A stretch of 64,000 bases of DNA from Candidatus Oxydemutator sp. (GCA_965203445.1 OZ241883.1:1920001-1984000); one strand, 5' to 3'; shown: positions 33,793-44,809, numbered from the stretch's first letter. The notes: a model not told the origin generated them from the letters alone. Translations and numbers: made by a program.

Positions 33793-33914
33793 CCCGTGGA
33801 CTCCCGCGTGATTGCAGTATAGCCCTAATGGGTCGGGGGCGGGGCCGCCGATTGCGGCCCCGGGGGAACGTGATTACGTGGATTTCCCGCGGATCTGCGC
33901 CACTGCCCGGGCGC

Positions 33915-34259
33915 TCAGCCGGGGGGCCAGGCCAGGGCGCGGCCGGCGAGCAGGTGGACGTGGAGGTGGAACACGCTCTGGCCGGCGTCGGCGCCGTTGT
34001 TGACAACGAGGCGGAAGTTTTCACCGACGTTCTCGGCGCGCGCGATGTCGCCGGCTTTCAGCAGCAGGTGTCCGAGCAGCGCACGGTCCTCGCCGGTGGC
34101 GTCGGCGATTTTTGCGATGGGTTTTCTGGGGATGATCAGGATGTGCGTGGGCGCCTGCGGATCGGCGTCGCGGAAGGCCATGCACAGGTCGTCCTCATAG
34201 ACGACGTCCGCCGGAATTTCGCGCGCGATGATCTTGCTGAAAATAGTTTGTTCGGCCAT
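33915..34259 (-). CDS. hinT: Histidine triad nucleotide-binding protein
   Basis: TIFSKII.REIPAD, GQSVFHLHVHLL HIT motif, WPPG end. Confidence 0.92.
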   Translation of the reverse strand: MAEQTIFSKIIAREIPADVVYEDDLCMAFRDADPQAPTHILIIPRKPIAKIADATGEDRALLGHLLLKAGDIARAENVGENFRLVVNNGADAGQSVFHLHVHLLAGRALAWPPG

Positions 34260-34305
34260 CGGAATAACCTCGTTCGTGCGATGGGCGGCACAGCATTACC
34301 AATGC

Positions 34306-34380
34306 TGTATAAGGCCAGCAACGTATATTCTGGGACAAACACGGTTTGAGCGCAACCCGAGACGCACTTCGAGTATGGCG
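34306..34380 (+). mobile_element. Highly eroded IS481-family left-end remnant
   Basis: TGTATAAGGCCAGCAAC resembles the IR at 35666; 34325-34365 is 33/41 identical to 35835-35875 (IFWDKHGLSATRDA vs IFWDNHGLPATQDA). Confidence 0.65.
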
Positions 34381-34443
34381 TGGGTTTGCTCTCCGGCCTG
34401 ATGGCATCCCAAGGCAAGGGAACGCCCCCGCGGGCGTTCCTGG

Positions 34444-35628
34444 TCATAGTGCGAGAACATACGGCTTCAAGTCAAAGGGTTCACCATGTGGAATAACAAT
34501 TTCGTCGCTTTGGGTGACGTGTATGTGCCAACCGGGCGATATTGTCGGGTTTCGATCTCTTGTTGCCTTGTGTAGCTTTGGCAGAATTGTCTCGAGAGTT
34601 TCAACGCCTACCGCATGGCAGTATTCTCGATTGTCGCCCGCCAGCAATAGAAAACCTTTCTCGGCCTGTTTCAGAAAATGATGACCCGGAAAACGAAAAG
34701 TGAACCAGAGTCTTTTATTTCTTTGATGAAGCTTTGATACTAAGACGACGGCTCTGACTTTTTTGTCGTCGGCGACAAACTGTACGCGTTTGCTGCGCAC
34801 CAGAGATACCTTCTCCCGCTTCCCCAAAGCACGGACGGCGCGTTTGCGAATATCTTCAGCCCACCTCCGACGTTCGGCCGTCGCCCCAGGCCTGGCTTCG
34901 TCGGTGTCGAACACCTCAGGCTCGGTCTCGTCGGTGTCGGAACGGTCTTGCGCCGCTGTGAACACTATGTCTATCAGCGCGTCGAGACGCGTGTATTCGA
35001 TGGGGCGCAGAACAGTTTGAATTTTTTTCGTGGTTTCCGATTCTTCCGATTCGATTTTCAGGTGTACCAGATCACACAATGCCTTGGCGCTGATAATACG
35101 AATTTCCCAGGCGTGACGCGAACCGCGGATCTGTGCCTCCAAGCCTCCCGTGTCCTGCCTTCCGACGACTAACAGAATGGAGGCATCTTTGGCGACCACG
35201 TCGTCTTCGACCAACTTGGCCTTGTAGCCGACTATCGTATCGAGATCAATCCTGTAGGCGTCCGTGGTTTTGACTTCGACGATGATCGTCCGACCGCGAT
35301 CATCCGATTTGTCCGCTCTCCATATGCCGTCTTGGCCCGGGCAACCGCTTTTGCCCCGGTAACGGCCGTTCTCCACCTCATACCCCAATCGCCGCCCTAA
35401 TTCATTGACGACGTCCTGTAACACGAGGCCGCCGTCGTCAAATTTTTTATTGTTCAAGCAGTACTCTATATGCCTGAACAGTTCCTCCGCCTCTATTGCG
35501 TGTATGAATTGGCGCAGTTCCTTCGAGCAGTCGCTATCGTCCTTCAGCCGGCCGTCCCCGGCTATGGCGACAATCTGGCTGATGTTTTTCTCCAGTATTT
35601 CCGGCGATTCCGGTTCCAATAAGGGCAC
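34444..35628 (-). CDS. Putative PD-(D/E)xK restriction-endonuclease-like protein
   Basis: LQDVVNELGRRLGY..., GQDGIW...IIVEVKTT catalytic-like pattern; visibly more AT-rich than neighbours. Confidence 0.6.
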   Translation of the reverse strand: MPLLEPESPEILEKNISQIVAIAGDGRLKDDSDCSKELRQFIHAIEAEELFRHIEYCLNNKKFDDGGLVLQDVVNELGRRLGYEVENGRYRGKSGCPGQDGIWRADKSDDRGRTIIVEVKTTDAYRIDLDTIVGYKAKLVEDDVVAKDASILLVVGRQDTGGLEAQIRGSRHAWEIRIISAKALCDLVHLKIESEESETTKKIQTVLRPIEYTRLDALIDIVFTAAQDRSDTDETEPEVFDTDEARPGATAERRRWAEDIRKRAVRALGKREKVSLVRSKRVQFVADDKKVRAVVLVSKLHQRNKRLWFTFRFPGHHFLKQAEKGFLLLAGDNREYCHAVGVETLETILPKLHKATRDRNPTISPGWHIHVTQSDEIVIPHGEPFDLKPYVLAL

Positions 35629-35665
35629 GTCAGTTTTCCTCTCAAAGGTATCGAGGGCAAAGTAT

Positions 35666-36018
35666 TGTACAGGGCCAGAAACATCCTGGACAATATCTTA
35701 GCCGCAGAAAGGTAGCCGACATGCAAATAAAGCACGTCGGCTACCGCGTCCCAGGGTTGCGTAAAATAGCTTCCTATGCAAACCGAATGGAGGCTATTAT
35801 GGCAACGAGTGCCGAACGCAAATACGACGCCCTCATATTCTGGGATAATCATGGCTTGCCTGCAACCCAAGACGCCATATGCCTTCAACGATGCGTTGTT
35901 CAGGTATCTGGAACGCTACAACGGCGAGCGCCCGCACCGGAGCCTGGGGAATATCACCCCGTGCCAAGCCATCCAAAAACAACTACCCCATTTGTCCAGA
36001 ATGTGGTGGCCCCGTACA
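35666..36018 (+). mobile_element. Internally deleted IS481-family element (353 bp, MITE-like)
   Basis: TGT...ACA ends with imperfect ~27-bp IRs (TGTACAGGGCCAGAAACATCCTGGACAA / TTGTCCAGAATGTGGTGGCCCCGTACA); keeps transposase N-terminus and C-terminal YNGERPHRSLG.ITP motif in different frames. Confidence 0.8.
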
Positions 36019-36076
36019 TCTGTTTCCATTTCGTTGTCTTTTCCGCTATAATCCGGCGCTGTAATCGGCGCCCGCG

Positions 36077-36106
36077 AAAAAAGGCCCCTTGCGAGGGGCC
36101 TTTTTT
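36077..36106. terminator. Bidirectional intrinsic terminator-like hairpin in the rimP leader
   Basis: AAAAAAGGCCCCT-TGCG-AGGGGCCTTTTTT. Confidence 0.75.
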
Positions 36107-36142
36107 GTGGGTATTTTCTGCGCTCCAAATGCGGGGAACGGC

Positions 36143-36616
36143 ATGGACAAAAACGGCTTGGCGGCCTTTATCAAGCCCGTCGTCGAGGCGATGGGCTATA
36201 TTTACTGGGGCAGCGAGTTCTCGGTGCACCGTCGCGGCGCCAGTCTGCGTGTTTTCATAGACCATGCCGGCGGCGTGACCTTAGACGATTGCAGCGCCGT
36301 CAGCGACCAGTTGAGCGGCGTCCTCGACGTCGAGGATCCGGTCAAAGGGCCGTACATCCTCGAGGTATCGTCGCCGGGCGTCGAGCGTCGCCTGATGAGC
36401 GCCGAACATTACCGCCGCTACCTGGGCAGCACCGTGAGCGTGCAAAGCGGCGTTGCGATCGGCGGCAGGAGAAACTTCAAGGGGCGCCTGGCCGGGATGG
36501 AGGACGGCGTCGTCACGCTCGAGACCGACGACGGCGCGGTCGAGCTGGCGCTCGCCTCGATTCGTCGCGCGCACCTGACGTTCGAGGGGGGCGTGAATCC
36601 CAAAGCGGCGCGATGA
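36143..36616 (+). CDS. rimP: Ribosome maturation factor RimP
   Basis: LRVFID..GGVTLDDC, DVEDP, YILEVSSPG.ER. Confidence 0.94.
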   Translation: MDKNGLAAFIKPVVEAMGYIYWGSEFSVHRRGASLRVFIDHAGGVTLDDCSAVSDQLSGVLDVEDPVKGPYILEVSSPGVERRLMSAEHYRRYLGSTVSVQSGVAIGGRRNFKGRLAGMEDGVVTLETDDGAVELALASIRRAHLTFEGGVNPKAAR

Positions 36617-38127
36617 AAGGCAGCGAAATACTCCTCGTCGTCGATTCCATGTACAACGAGAAGGACGTCGAGAAGGAGGAGATCTTCGGCGCGCTCGAGG
36701 CGGCGCTTGCGATGGCCACGCGCAAAAGCCAAGCGCACGACATGGACGTGCGCATCGAGATCGACCGCGACACCGGCGACTACCGCACCTTCCGGCGCTG
36801 GCAGGTTGTGGACGACGAGGACCCGGACTTTTTCTCGCCTGAGTTTCAGATGCTGCTGAGCGCGGCGCGCGACCTCAAACCGGAGGTCCAGCCGCAGGAG
36901 TACATCGAGGAGCCGATGGAGTCGCTGCCGCTCGGGCGCATCTCGGCGCACACCGCAAAACAGGTCATCGCGCAAAAGCTGCGCGAGGCCGAGCGCGCGC
37001 GCATCGCGTTGCTCTACCGCGACCGGGTCGGCACGCTGATCATGGGCGTCGCCAAGCGCGAGGACCACACCGGCCTGTACATAGACCTGGGCGGCAACGC
37101 CGAGGGTTTCGTGCCGCGCGAGGACATGATCCCGCGCGAGAACATGCGTCCCGGCAACCGCGTGCGCGCCTATCTGCGCGAGATCCGCGAGGAGACGCGC
37201 GGACCGCAGCTGATCCTGTCGCGCACCGTGCCCGAGTTACTGATCGAGCTGTTCAAGCTCGAGGTGCCCGAGGTCGGGCAGGGACTGATCGAGATCATGG
37301 GCGCCGCGCGCGATCCCGGTCTGCGCGCCAAGATCGCGGTGCGCTCGAACGACCCGCGCCTGGATCCGGTGGGCGCCTGCGTCGGCATGCGCGGTTCGCG
37401 CGTGCAGTCGGTGTCGAACGAGCTGTCGGGGGAGCGCATAGACATCATCATGTGGGACGAGAACCTGCCCAAGTACGTGATCAACGCGATGTCGCCGGCG
37501 CCGGTCGTCTCGATCGTGATAGACGAGGATCGCCACAGCATAGACATCGCGGTCGAGGAGGACAAGCAGCCGCAGGCCATCGGGCGCGGCGGCCAGAACG
37601 TCAAGCTCGCCGGGCGCCTGCTGAACTGGCACCTGAACGTGATCACGACGCAGCAGGCCGAGGAGAGGAGCGACGCCGAGTCGCGCAGCCTGCTCGACAT
37701 GTTCCGCGAGAAACTCGACGTGGACGAGGAGGTGGCGGCGATCCTGGTGCACGAGGGCTTCTCCAGCATAGAGGAGATAGCCTACGTGCCGGTGAAGGAG
37801 CTGGCGGCCGTCGAGGAGTTCGACCAGAACATCGTGGATGAGCTGCGCAACCGCGCCAGCGACGTGTTGCTGTCGCAGGCGATCTCCGGCGACGCCGGCG
37901 ACGGCGAGGACAGCCTGCCGCAGCAGGACCTGCTGGAGGTCGAGGGCGTGAACGAGACCATCGCCTACCGCCTCGCCGCGCACGGCATCTGCACGCGCGC
38001 GGCGCTGGCCGAGCAGGCCGTGGACGAACTGCTCGAGATCGAGGAGATGGACGAGAAGCAGGCGGCGGCGCTGATCATGGAAGCGCGGGCGCCGTGGTTT
38101 GAGGAGGCCGGCGACGGGCAGGGCTGA
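36613..38127 (+). CDS. nusA: Transcription termination/antitermination factor NusA
   Basis: S1 and KH domains (ARDPG.RAKIAV, DPVGACVGMRGSRVQ, AIGRGGQNV), C-terminal AR repeats. Confidence 0.96.
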   Translation: MKGSEILLVVDSMYNEKDVEKEEIFGALEAALAMATRKSQAHDMDVRIEIDRDTGDYRTFRRWQVVDDEDPDFFSPEFQMLLSAARDLKPEVQPQEYIEEPMESLPLGRISAHTAKQVIAQKLREAERARIALLYRDRVGTLIMGVAKREDHTGLYIDLGGNAEGFVPREDMIPRENMRPGNRVRAYLREIREETRGPQLILSRTVPELLIELFKLEVPEVGQGLIEIMGAARDPGLRAKIAVRSNDPRLDPVGACVGMRGSRVQSVSNELSGERIDIIMWDENLPKYVINAMSPAPVVSIVIDEDRHSIDIAVEEDKQPQAIGRGGQNVKLAGRLLNWHLNVITTQQAEERSDAESRSLLDMFREKLDVDEEVAAILVHEGFSSIEEIAYVPVKELAAVEEFDQNIVDELRNRASDVLLSQAISGDAGDGEDSLPQQDLLEVEGVNETIAYRLAAHGICTRAALAEQAVDELLEIEEMDEKQAAALIMEARAPWFEEAGDGQG

Positions 38128-40541
38128 TGTCCGAGGACACCGTACGCAAATTGGCCGAGACGGTCGGCAAGCCGGTCGAGAGCATGATAGAGCAACTGAT
38201 ACAGTCCGGCGCGCCGCGCAAGGCGCCGGACGACGTCGTCACCAAAGATGAGAAGATGCGCCTGATCCGCCATCTGAAGGACGCCAGGAGCGGCAAGGCC
38301 GGCGAGGGCCGGGTAACGCTGCGCCGCAAGAAGCTGTCGCAACTGGAGGTGCCGTCGGCGCAGGGTCGGCTCTCGAACACGGTCAGCGTCGAGTTTCGCA
38401 AGCGCCATTCGTACGTCGAGCGCGGCGCCGCCGAGAAGGAGAAGGAAAAAGAGAAGGAGCAAGCCGAGAACAAGAAGGCGGCGCGCGCGACGTCGAAGAA
38501 AACCTCGACCAAAAAGGCCGCGAGCGCCGAGGGCAAGCCCGCCGCCGCCTCCAAGCCCGCACCCCGGGCCGCGCCCTCCGCGCCCAGGCCGTCCAAGCCC
38601 AAGGCCAGATCCAAGGCGGCCAAGTCCGAGGCCGCGCCGACGCCCTCCGCCGCCGCCGCCCGCCGTCGCAAGCAACTGCACATCGCAAGCGACAAGCGCG
38701 GCAAGAGAAAGGTCAAGAAGAAGCGCAAGCGCCTGGTCAAGGTCGTCGCCTCCGGCAAACACGCCTTCGAGAAGCCGGTCGAACCGGTCAAGCGCGAAGT
38801 GTTCGTGCCCGAGAGCCTCACGGTTTCCGGGCTGGCCCAGCGCATGGCCATCAAGAGCGGCGAGTTGATCAAGCAGATGATGGACATGGGCATGATGGCG
38901 ACCATCAACCAGGCGCTCGACCAGGACACCGCGATTCTGATCGCCCAGGAGCTGGGTCATCGCGCGCGCGCCGAGAAGAAGGAGGACGCCGAGGCCGGCC
39001 TGACCGACGCCCTCGAATCGGTCGCCGGCGACGCGGTCGCGCGCCCGCCGGTGGTCATCGTCATGGGGCACGTGGATCACGGCAAGACTTCCCTGCTCGA
39101 CTGTATCCGCCGCACCAAGGTCAGCGCCGGCGAGGCCGGCGGCATCACCCAGCACATCGGCGCCTACCACGTGGACACCGGGCGCGGCACCGTGGTGTTT
39201 CTCGACACCCCCGGCCACGAGGCGTTCACGGCAATGCGCGCGCGCGGCGTGCGCATCACCGACGTCGCGGTGCTGGTCGTGGCCGCCGACGACGGCGTGA
39301 TGCCGCAGACGGTCGAGGCGATCGAGCACGCCAAGGCGGCCGAGGTGCCGGTCATCGTCGCCGTCAGCAAGGTGGACAAGGACGACGCCGACGTCGAGAG
39401 GGTCAAGTCCGGCCTGGCCGAGCACGGTCTGGTGTCCGAGGCGTGGGGCGGCGACAACATCTTCGTCGAGGTTTCGTCCAAGAGCGGCCAGGGAGTGGAC
39501 GCCCTGCTCGAGGCGATCGTGCTGCAATCGGAGATCATGGAACTGAAGGCGCCCGAACAGGGACCGGCGCGCGGCGTCATCATCGAGTCGTCGCTCGACA
39601 AGGGGCGCGGCGCGATTGCGACGATGCTGGTGCAGCAGGGCACCTTGAAAAAGGGCGACACGCTGCTGGCCGGCAACGAGTTCGGCAAGATCCGCGCGTT
39701 GTTGGACGAGGACGGCGAGCCCGTGTCGCAGGCGAAGCCCTCGATGCCGGCGCAGGTGCTGGGCTTGTCCGGTGCGCCGGCCGCGGGCGACGAGGCGCTG
39801 GTCGTGGGCAACGAGAAAAAGGCCAAGGAAGTGGCCGGCCTGCGCCGCGCGCGCACGCGCGAAAGCGCCCATGCGGCGCGCCGCCAGCCGCTGATCGGCG
39901 ACGGTTTCGACGCCGCCCTCGAGGAGACCAGGACTCTGAACCTGCTGATCAAGGGTGACGTGCAGGGAATGGTCGAGGCGCTGTGCGACGCGCTGATGAG
40001 GATCGAGAGCGCCGAGGTGCAGGTCAAGATCCTGTCGAGCGGCATCGGCGGCATCAACGTCTCCGACGTCAACCTGGCGGCGGCGTCACAGGCGCTGGTG
40101 ATCGGCTTCAACGTACGCGCCGACGGGCCGGCGCGCAAGACCGCGGTCGAGCAGGACGTCTCGATCCGCTACTACGGCGTCATCTACGAGCTGATGGACG
40201 ACGTGAAGAAGATGCTGAGCGACATGCTGGCGCCCGAGATCAAGGAGGAGATCGTCGGCATCGCCGAGGTCAGGCAGGTGTTCCGCTCGTCCAAATTGGG
40301 GGCGGTGGCCGGCTGCCAGGTCGTCGAGGGCGCCGTCAGGCGCGGCAGCCCGATCCGGGTGCTGCGCGACAACGTCGTCATCTTCGAGGGCGGTCTCGAA
40401 TCGCTGCGGCGCTTCAAGGACGACGTCGCCGAGGTGATCTCCGGCACCGAGTGCGGGGTTGCGGTCAAGGACTACAACGACGTCAAGGTCGGCGACCACA
40501 TCGAGGTCTATGAGAAGGTCGAGAAGCGGCGCACGCTGTGA
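38127..40541 (+). CDS. infB: Translation initiation factor IF-2
   Basis: MGHVDHGKTSLLD, GGITQHIGAY, DTPGHEAFTAMRARG, SLRRFKDDV.EV. Confidence 0.97.
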   Translation: MSEDTVRKLAETVGKPVESMIEQLIQSGAPRKAPDDVVTKDEKMRLIRHLKDARSGKAGEGRVTLRRKKLSQLEVPSAQGRLSNTVSVEFRKRHSYVERGAAEKEKEKEKEQAENKKAARATSKKTSTKKAASAEGKPAAASKPAPRAAPSAPRPSKPKARSKAAKSEAAPTPSAAAARRRKQLHIASDKRGKRKVKKKRKRLVKVVASGKHAFEKPVEPVKREVFVPESLTVSGLAQRMAIKSGELIKQMMDMGMMATINQALDQDTAILIAQELGHRARAEKKEDAEAGLTDALESVAGDAVARPPVVIVMGHVDHGKTSLLDCIRRTKVSAGEAGGITQHIGAYHVDTGRGTVVFLDTPGHEAFTAMRARGVRITDVAVLVVAADDGVMPQTVEAIEHAKAAEVPVIVAVSKVDKDDADVERVKSGLAEHGLVSEAWGGDNIFVEVSSKSGQGVDALLEAIVLQSEIMELKAPEQGPARGVIIESSLDKGRGAIATMLVQQGTLKKGDTLLAGNEFGKIRALLDEDGEPVSQAKPSMPAQVLGLSGAPAAGDEALVVGNEKKAKEVAGLRRARTRESAHAARRQPLIGDGFDAALEETRTLNLLIKGDVQGMVEALCDALMRIESAEVQVKILSSGIGGINVSDVNLAAASQALVIGFNVRADGPARKTAVEQDVSIRYYGVIYELMDDVKKMLSDMLAPEIKEEIVGIAEVRQVFRSSKLGAVAGCQVVEGAVRRGSPIRVLRDNVVIFEGGLESLRRFKDDVAEVISGTECGVAVKDYNDVKVGDHIEVYEKVEKRRTL

Positions 40542-40549
40542 CCGTTGCG

Positions 40550-40894
40550 ATGGCCGAATCATCCCGACGCCTGCGCGTCGCCGCGATGCTGCGGCGGGAA
40601 CTGTCGTCGCTGCTGCGCCACGCGGTTGACGACCCCAGGCTGCGTGGCGTGGCCGTCACCGACGTCGAAGTCACCCCCGATCTGTCGCTCGCCAAAGTCT
40701 ATCTCGGCGTCGCCGACGACGCCGCCTCGGAGCAGGCGTTGCAAGGCGCCGCCATGGCCCGCGGATTTTTGAGGAAGCAGCTGGCGTCGTCCCTGTATCT
40801 GCGCGCGGTGCCCAGGCTGGCGTTCAAGATCGATCCGGCGTTCGCGGCCGCCGCGCGCATCGAGGATTTGCTCGCGGGTGAGGAGCGCGTCTGA
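40550..40894 (+). CDS. rbfA: Ribosome-binding factor A
   Basis: DPRL..V.VTDVEVTPDLSLAKVY, GFLR, LR.VP.L.F; operon position. Confidence 0.92.
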   Translation: MAESSRRLRVAAMLRRELSSLLRHAVDDPRLRGVAVTDVEVTPDLSLAKVYLGVADDAASEQALQGAAMARGFLRKQLASSLYLRAVPRLAFKIDPAFAAAARIEDLLAGEERV

Positions 40895-40906
40895 GGTGCC
40901 ACGCGC

Positions 40907-41794
40907 ATGGGGACGTTCCCGCAACACGGTTTGCTGGCGCTGGACAAGCCGCGCGGCCTCAGTTCGGCGGCCGCCGTCGCGCGCGTCAGAAGGAGGTTCG
41001 GCGCGGCCCGGGTCGGGCATTGCGGCACCCTCGATCCCGCGGCCGAGGGTCTGTTGGTGATCGGTCTTGGACGGGGCACGCGGGTGTTGCCCTATTTGTC
41101 GGCGCAACGCAAGCGGTATCAGGCGTGCGTGCGTCTCGGCGTGCGCACGGCGACCGCGGACTGCGAGGGCGAGTGGCTGGAGCGCAGGCCGTACCGGGTG
41201 CCGCAGGCGCGGCAACTGTGCCGCCTGTTCGACGATTTTTGCGGCGAGATAACGCAGGTGGCGCCGATGTATTCGGCCTTGAAACACCGCGGGCGGCGTC
41301 TCTATCAGCTGGCGCGCAGCGGCCAGGCGGCGCCGCTTAAGCGGCGCCGGGTGTTCGTGTATGCGCTGCGCCTGCGCCACGTCCACGGCGACGGTTTTTG
41401 CTTCGACGTGGAGTGTTCGCAGGGCACCTACGTGCGGACGCTGGCGGAGGACCTGGGCGCGCGTCTCGGCAGCGTGGCTTACCTGAGCCGCCTGCGGCGC
41501 ACCAGGATCGGTTCGTTCTCGTCGGCACGCGCACTGCCGCTGGCGGCGCTCGAGGAGTGCGGCGACGAGGCGCTTGCGCGATGCGTCGTCGCGCCGGACG
41601 AAGGGCTGGCGGACTTGCCTGAGGTCGTGCTCGACCGCGAGCGCGGCGAACGCTTCTGCCTCGGCCAGGCGGTGGGCGCGGCGCCGTCGCCGCCCGCCGG
41701 TACGTGCCGGGTCTATGGCGAGGCGCGGCGCTTTTTGGGAATCGCCGTCGCCGACGGCGCGCGCCTGCGTCCGCGGCGAGTGTTCGCCGGATGA
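40907..41794 (+). CDS. truB: tRNA pseudouridine(55) synthase
   Basis: LDKPRG, GHCGTLDP.AEG, PMYSALK, CSQGTYVRTL. Confidence 0.93.
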   Translation: MGTFPQHGLLALDKPRGLSSAAAVARVRRRFGAARVGHCGTLDPAAEGLLVIGLGRGTRVLPYLSAQRKRYQACVRLGVRTATADCEGEWLERRPYRVPQARQLCRLFDDFCGEITQVAPMYSALKHRGRRLYQLARSGQAAPLKRRRVFVYALRLRHVHGDGFCFDVECSQGTYVRTLAEDLGARLGSVAYLSRLRRTRIGSFSSARALPLAALEECGDEALARCVVAPDEGLADLPEVVLDRERGERFCLGQAVGAAPSPPAGTCRVYGEARRFLGIAVADGARLRPRRVFAG

Positions 41795-41878
41795 GGCGGG
41801 CGGCCGTCGCCCGGCACTCGCCGCTGTTGTCGGTTCATGCCGGATGATATACACTTGCAGCCTTACAAAAGGGATCAA

Positions 41879-42148
41879 ATGGCTTTACGAACTGAAGAGA
41901 AAAGCACAATCATCGGCCGCTACCGCCGCTCCGACAAAGACACCGGATCGGCCGAGGTCCAGGTTGCATTGCTGACTACGAGAATCAATTCTCTGCAAGA
42001 TCATTTTGCCCGGCACAAACACGACCATCATTCACGCAGGGGTCTGTTGAAGATGGTCAACGCAAGGCGCAAGCTGCTTGATTATTTGAAAGCGAGAGAC
42101 GTCGCTCGTTACCAGAAACTGATTGCCTCGTTGAAGCTGCGCCGCTGA
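41879..42148 (+). CDS. rpsO: 30S ribosomal protein S15
   Basis: [32 protein letters not shown]. Confidence 0.97.
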   Translation: MALRTEEKSTIIGRYRRSDKDTGSAEVQVALLTTRINSLQDHFARHKHDHHSRRGLLKMVNARRKLLDYLKARDVARYQKLIASLKLRR

Positions 42149-42285
42149 CGCGGTGCGCTTAGGCGCGCGGCGGCGGCTGGCCGGGGCACTCGATTTTTCG
42201 GTGCGCGCGCGGATGCGGGCGCTCGGACGAGGCGCTGCAAGAACGGCGACGACTCTACGGACCTCACGACTTGCAAGGTGGTGAG

Positions 42286-44373
42286 ATGAAGACTGTAGTC
42301 AAAAAATTCCAATACGGCGCGCACGACGTCGTTCTCGAAAGCGGCGCGCTCGCCCGTCAGGCGGACGGCGCGGTGCTGGTCAACGTGGCCGATACGGTGG
42401 TGCTGGTAACCGCGGTGTGCCGACGCGACGGCGCCGAGCAGCGCGATTTTCTGCCGCTCACGGTCAACTACCAGGAGCGCACCTACGCGGCGGGCAAGAT
42501 CCCGGGCGGTTTCTTCAGGCGCGAGGGGCGCCCGAGCGAGAAGGAGATCCTGATCTGTCGCCTGATCGACCGCCCGATGCGGCCGTTGTTTCCGCCTGGC
42601 TTCACCCAGGACGTGCAGATCGTTGCCACGGTCATGTCGCTCAACCCCGAGGTGGACGCGGACGTGCCGGCGCTGCTCGGGGCGTCGGCGGCGATGGCGA
42701 CTTCCGGCATTCCGTTCGACGGCCCGATCGGCGCCGCGCGCATCGGTTTTCACGACGAGCACTACGTGCTGAACCCGACGCTGTCGCAACTGGCGACCTC
42801 GGATCTCGATCTGGTGGTTGCCGGCACCGAGGGCGCGGTACTGATGGTCGAGTCGCAGGCGAAGCGGCTGACCGAGGCGCAGATGTTGGGCGCGGTGGAC
42901 TTCGGTCACCGCCAGATGCAGACCGCCATCGCCGCCATCAAGGAATTCGCCGCCGAGGTCGGGCGGCAGCCGTGGGCGTGGCAGCCGCCGGCGCGTGACG
43001 AGGCGCTGGCGGACGAGGTCGGGCGCCGTTGCAGCGACGGAATCGGCGAGGCCTACCGCGTGCGCGACAAACAGGAACGCCAGCAGCGGCTCGAGCAGTT
43101 GCGCGCTGATGCGGTGGCCGCGCTGGCGCCGGATGAGGACGGCGGCGACGCGGACAAAAAGTCACAGGTGCTCAAGGATTTCTCGAAACTGGAGAAAGAA
43201 ATCGTCCGCGCAAGCATACTCCAGGGAGAGAGGCGCATAGACGGCCGCGACACCCGCACCGTGCGCCCGATTCAGATCAGGACCAACCAACTGCCGCGCG
43301 CCCACGGCGACGCGCTGTTCACGCGCGGCGAGACCCAGGCCGTGGTCGCGGTGACCCTGGGCACCGACCGCGACGCGCAGATCATAGATAACATCGAAGG
43401 CGAGTCGCGCGACCGTTTCATGATGCACTACAACTTTCCCCCGTACTGCGTTGGCGAGACGGGTTTTATGGGGTCTCCGAAGCGGCGCGAAATCGGGCAC
43501 GGGCGTCTCGCCAAGCGCGGGCTGCTCGCGGTCATGCCGAGCAAGGAGGAGTTTCCCTACGTGTTGCGCGTGGTCTCGGAAGTCACCGAATCGAACGGTT
43601 CGAGCTCGATGGCCTCGGTGTGCGGCGCGAGCCTCGCGCTGATGGCGGCGGGCGTGCCGGTCAAGGCGTCGGTGGCGGGCATCGCGATGGGCCTGATCAT
43701 AGAAGGCGACAAGTTCGCGGTGCTGACCGACATCATGGGCGACGAGGATCATTTCGGCGACATGGACTTCAAGGTGGCGGGCACCGCCGACGGCGTCACC
43801 GCGCTGCAAATGGACATCAAGGTCGGCGGGGTGACGTCCGAGATCATGGCGGTCGCGCTCGAGCGCGCGCGCGAGGGGCGCCTGCACGTCCTGGAAAAAA
43901 TGAACGAGGCGCTGGCGGCGCCGCAGGAAATGTCGAAATACGCGCCGCGTCTCCTGACGATGCGCATCAAGCCGGCCAAGATCCGCGAGGTGATCGGCAA
44001 AGGAGGCTCGACGATACGCTCGATCACCGAGGACACCGGCGCCACCGTGGACATAGACGACGACGGCGTGGTGACCATCGCCTCCGCCGACCGCGACGCG
44101 GCCGCCAATGCCAAAAAACGGATAGAGGACATCATCGCCGACGTCGAAGTGGGCAAGATCTACGACGGCACCGTCGCCCGCATCGTCGAATTCGGCGCGT
44201 TCGTCACGATCTTGCCGGGGCGCGACGGGCTGGTGCATATCTCGCAGATCTCGGAGCAGCGCGTCGAGTCGGTCAGCGACGAGCTGAGCGAGGGCGACCG
44301 GATAAGGGTCAAGGTGCTGGACGTGGATCGCCAGGGGCGCATACGTCTGAGCATGAGAGAGTTGGATGGCTGA
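42286..44373 (+). CDS. pnp: Polyribonucleotide nucleotidyltransferase
   Basis: [45 protein letters not shown] and S1 domains. Confidence 0.97.
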   Translation: MKTVVKKFQYGAHDVVLESGALARQADGAVLVNVADTVVLVTAVCRRDGAEQRDFLPLTVNYQERTYAAGKIPGGFFRREGRPSEKEILICRLIDRPMRPLFPPGFTQDVQIVATVMSLNPEVDADVPALLGASAAMATSGIPFDGPIGAARIGFHDEHYVLNPTLSQLATSDLDLVVAGTEGAVLMVESQAKRLTEAQMLGAVDFGHRQMQTAIAAIKEFAAEVGRQPWAWQPPARDEALADEVGRRCSDGIGEAYRVRDKQERQQRLEQLRADAVAALAPDEDGGDADKKSQVLKDFSKLEKEIVRASILQGERRIDGRDTRTVRPIQIRTNQLPRAHGDALFTRGETQAVVAVTLGTDRDAQIIDNIEGESRDRFMMHYNFPPYCVGETGFMGSPKRREIGHGRLAKRGLLAVMPSKEEFPYVLRVVSEVTESNGSSSMASVCGASLALMAAGVPVKASVAGIAMGLIIEGDKFAVLTDIMGDEDHFGDMDFKVAGTADGVTALQMDIKVGGVTSEIMAVALERAREGRLHVLEKMNEALAAPQEMSKYAPRLLTMRIKPAKIREVIGKGGSTIRSITEDTGATVDIDDDGVVTIASADRDAAANAKKRIEDIIADVEVGKIYDGTVARIVEFGAFVTILPGRDGLVHISQISEQRVESVSDELSEGDRIRVKVLDVDRQGRIRLSMRELDG

Positions 44374-44809
44374 AGGCGGCCCGCGGCGACGGCTGGCGGA
44401 GGGTGGTCGCAAGGCGCCCGGCAAAGTAGTCCGAAGCAACGAGGAATGGCGCGCGCTCCTGAGCGAACGACAATACCGGGTCTGTCGCCTGCGCGACACC
44501 GAGCCGGCGTTCGCCAACGCCTACCACGACTGCGAAGAGGCGGGCGTATACCATTGTGTCTGCTGCCAGGCGCCGTTGTTCTCATCCGACGCAAAGTTCG
44601 ACTCCGGCACCGGGTGGCCTAGTTTTTCGGCGGCGTTGGATGGTTCGTATATAGACACCGCCATAGACCACTCCCACGGCATGACCCGCATCGAAGTATC
44701 GTGCGCGGCCTGCGACGCCCACCTGGGGCACGTTTTCTCCGATGGAGCGGCGCCGACCGGCGCGCGCTACTGCATCAATTCGGCGGCGCTGGCCCTCAGA
44801 AGGAAGTGA
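44366..44809 (+). CDS. msrB: Peptide-methionine (R)-S-oxide reductase
   Basis: [25 protein letters not shown]. Confidence 0.94.
   Translation: MAEGGPRRRLAEGGRKAPGKVVRSNEEWRALLSERQYRVCRLRDTEPAFANAYHDCEEAGVYHCVCCQAPLFSSDAKFDSGTGWPSFSAALDGSYIDTAIDHSHGMTRIEVSCAACDAHLGHVFSDGAAPTGARYCINSAALALRRK

Noticed and set aside
35721-36260. 179-aa ORF upstream of rimP
   Set aside because: Read-through from a deleted IS481 transposase start into unrelated sequence
41795-41878. rpsO (S15) leader RNA
   Set aside because: Expected by position, but I could not recognise the structure
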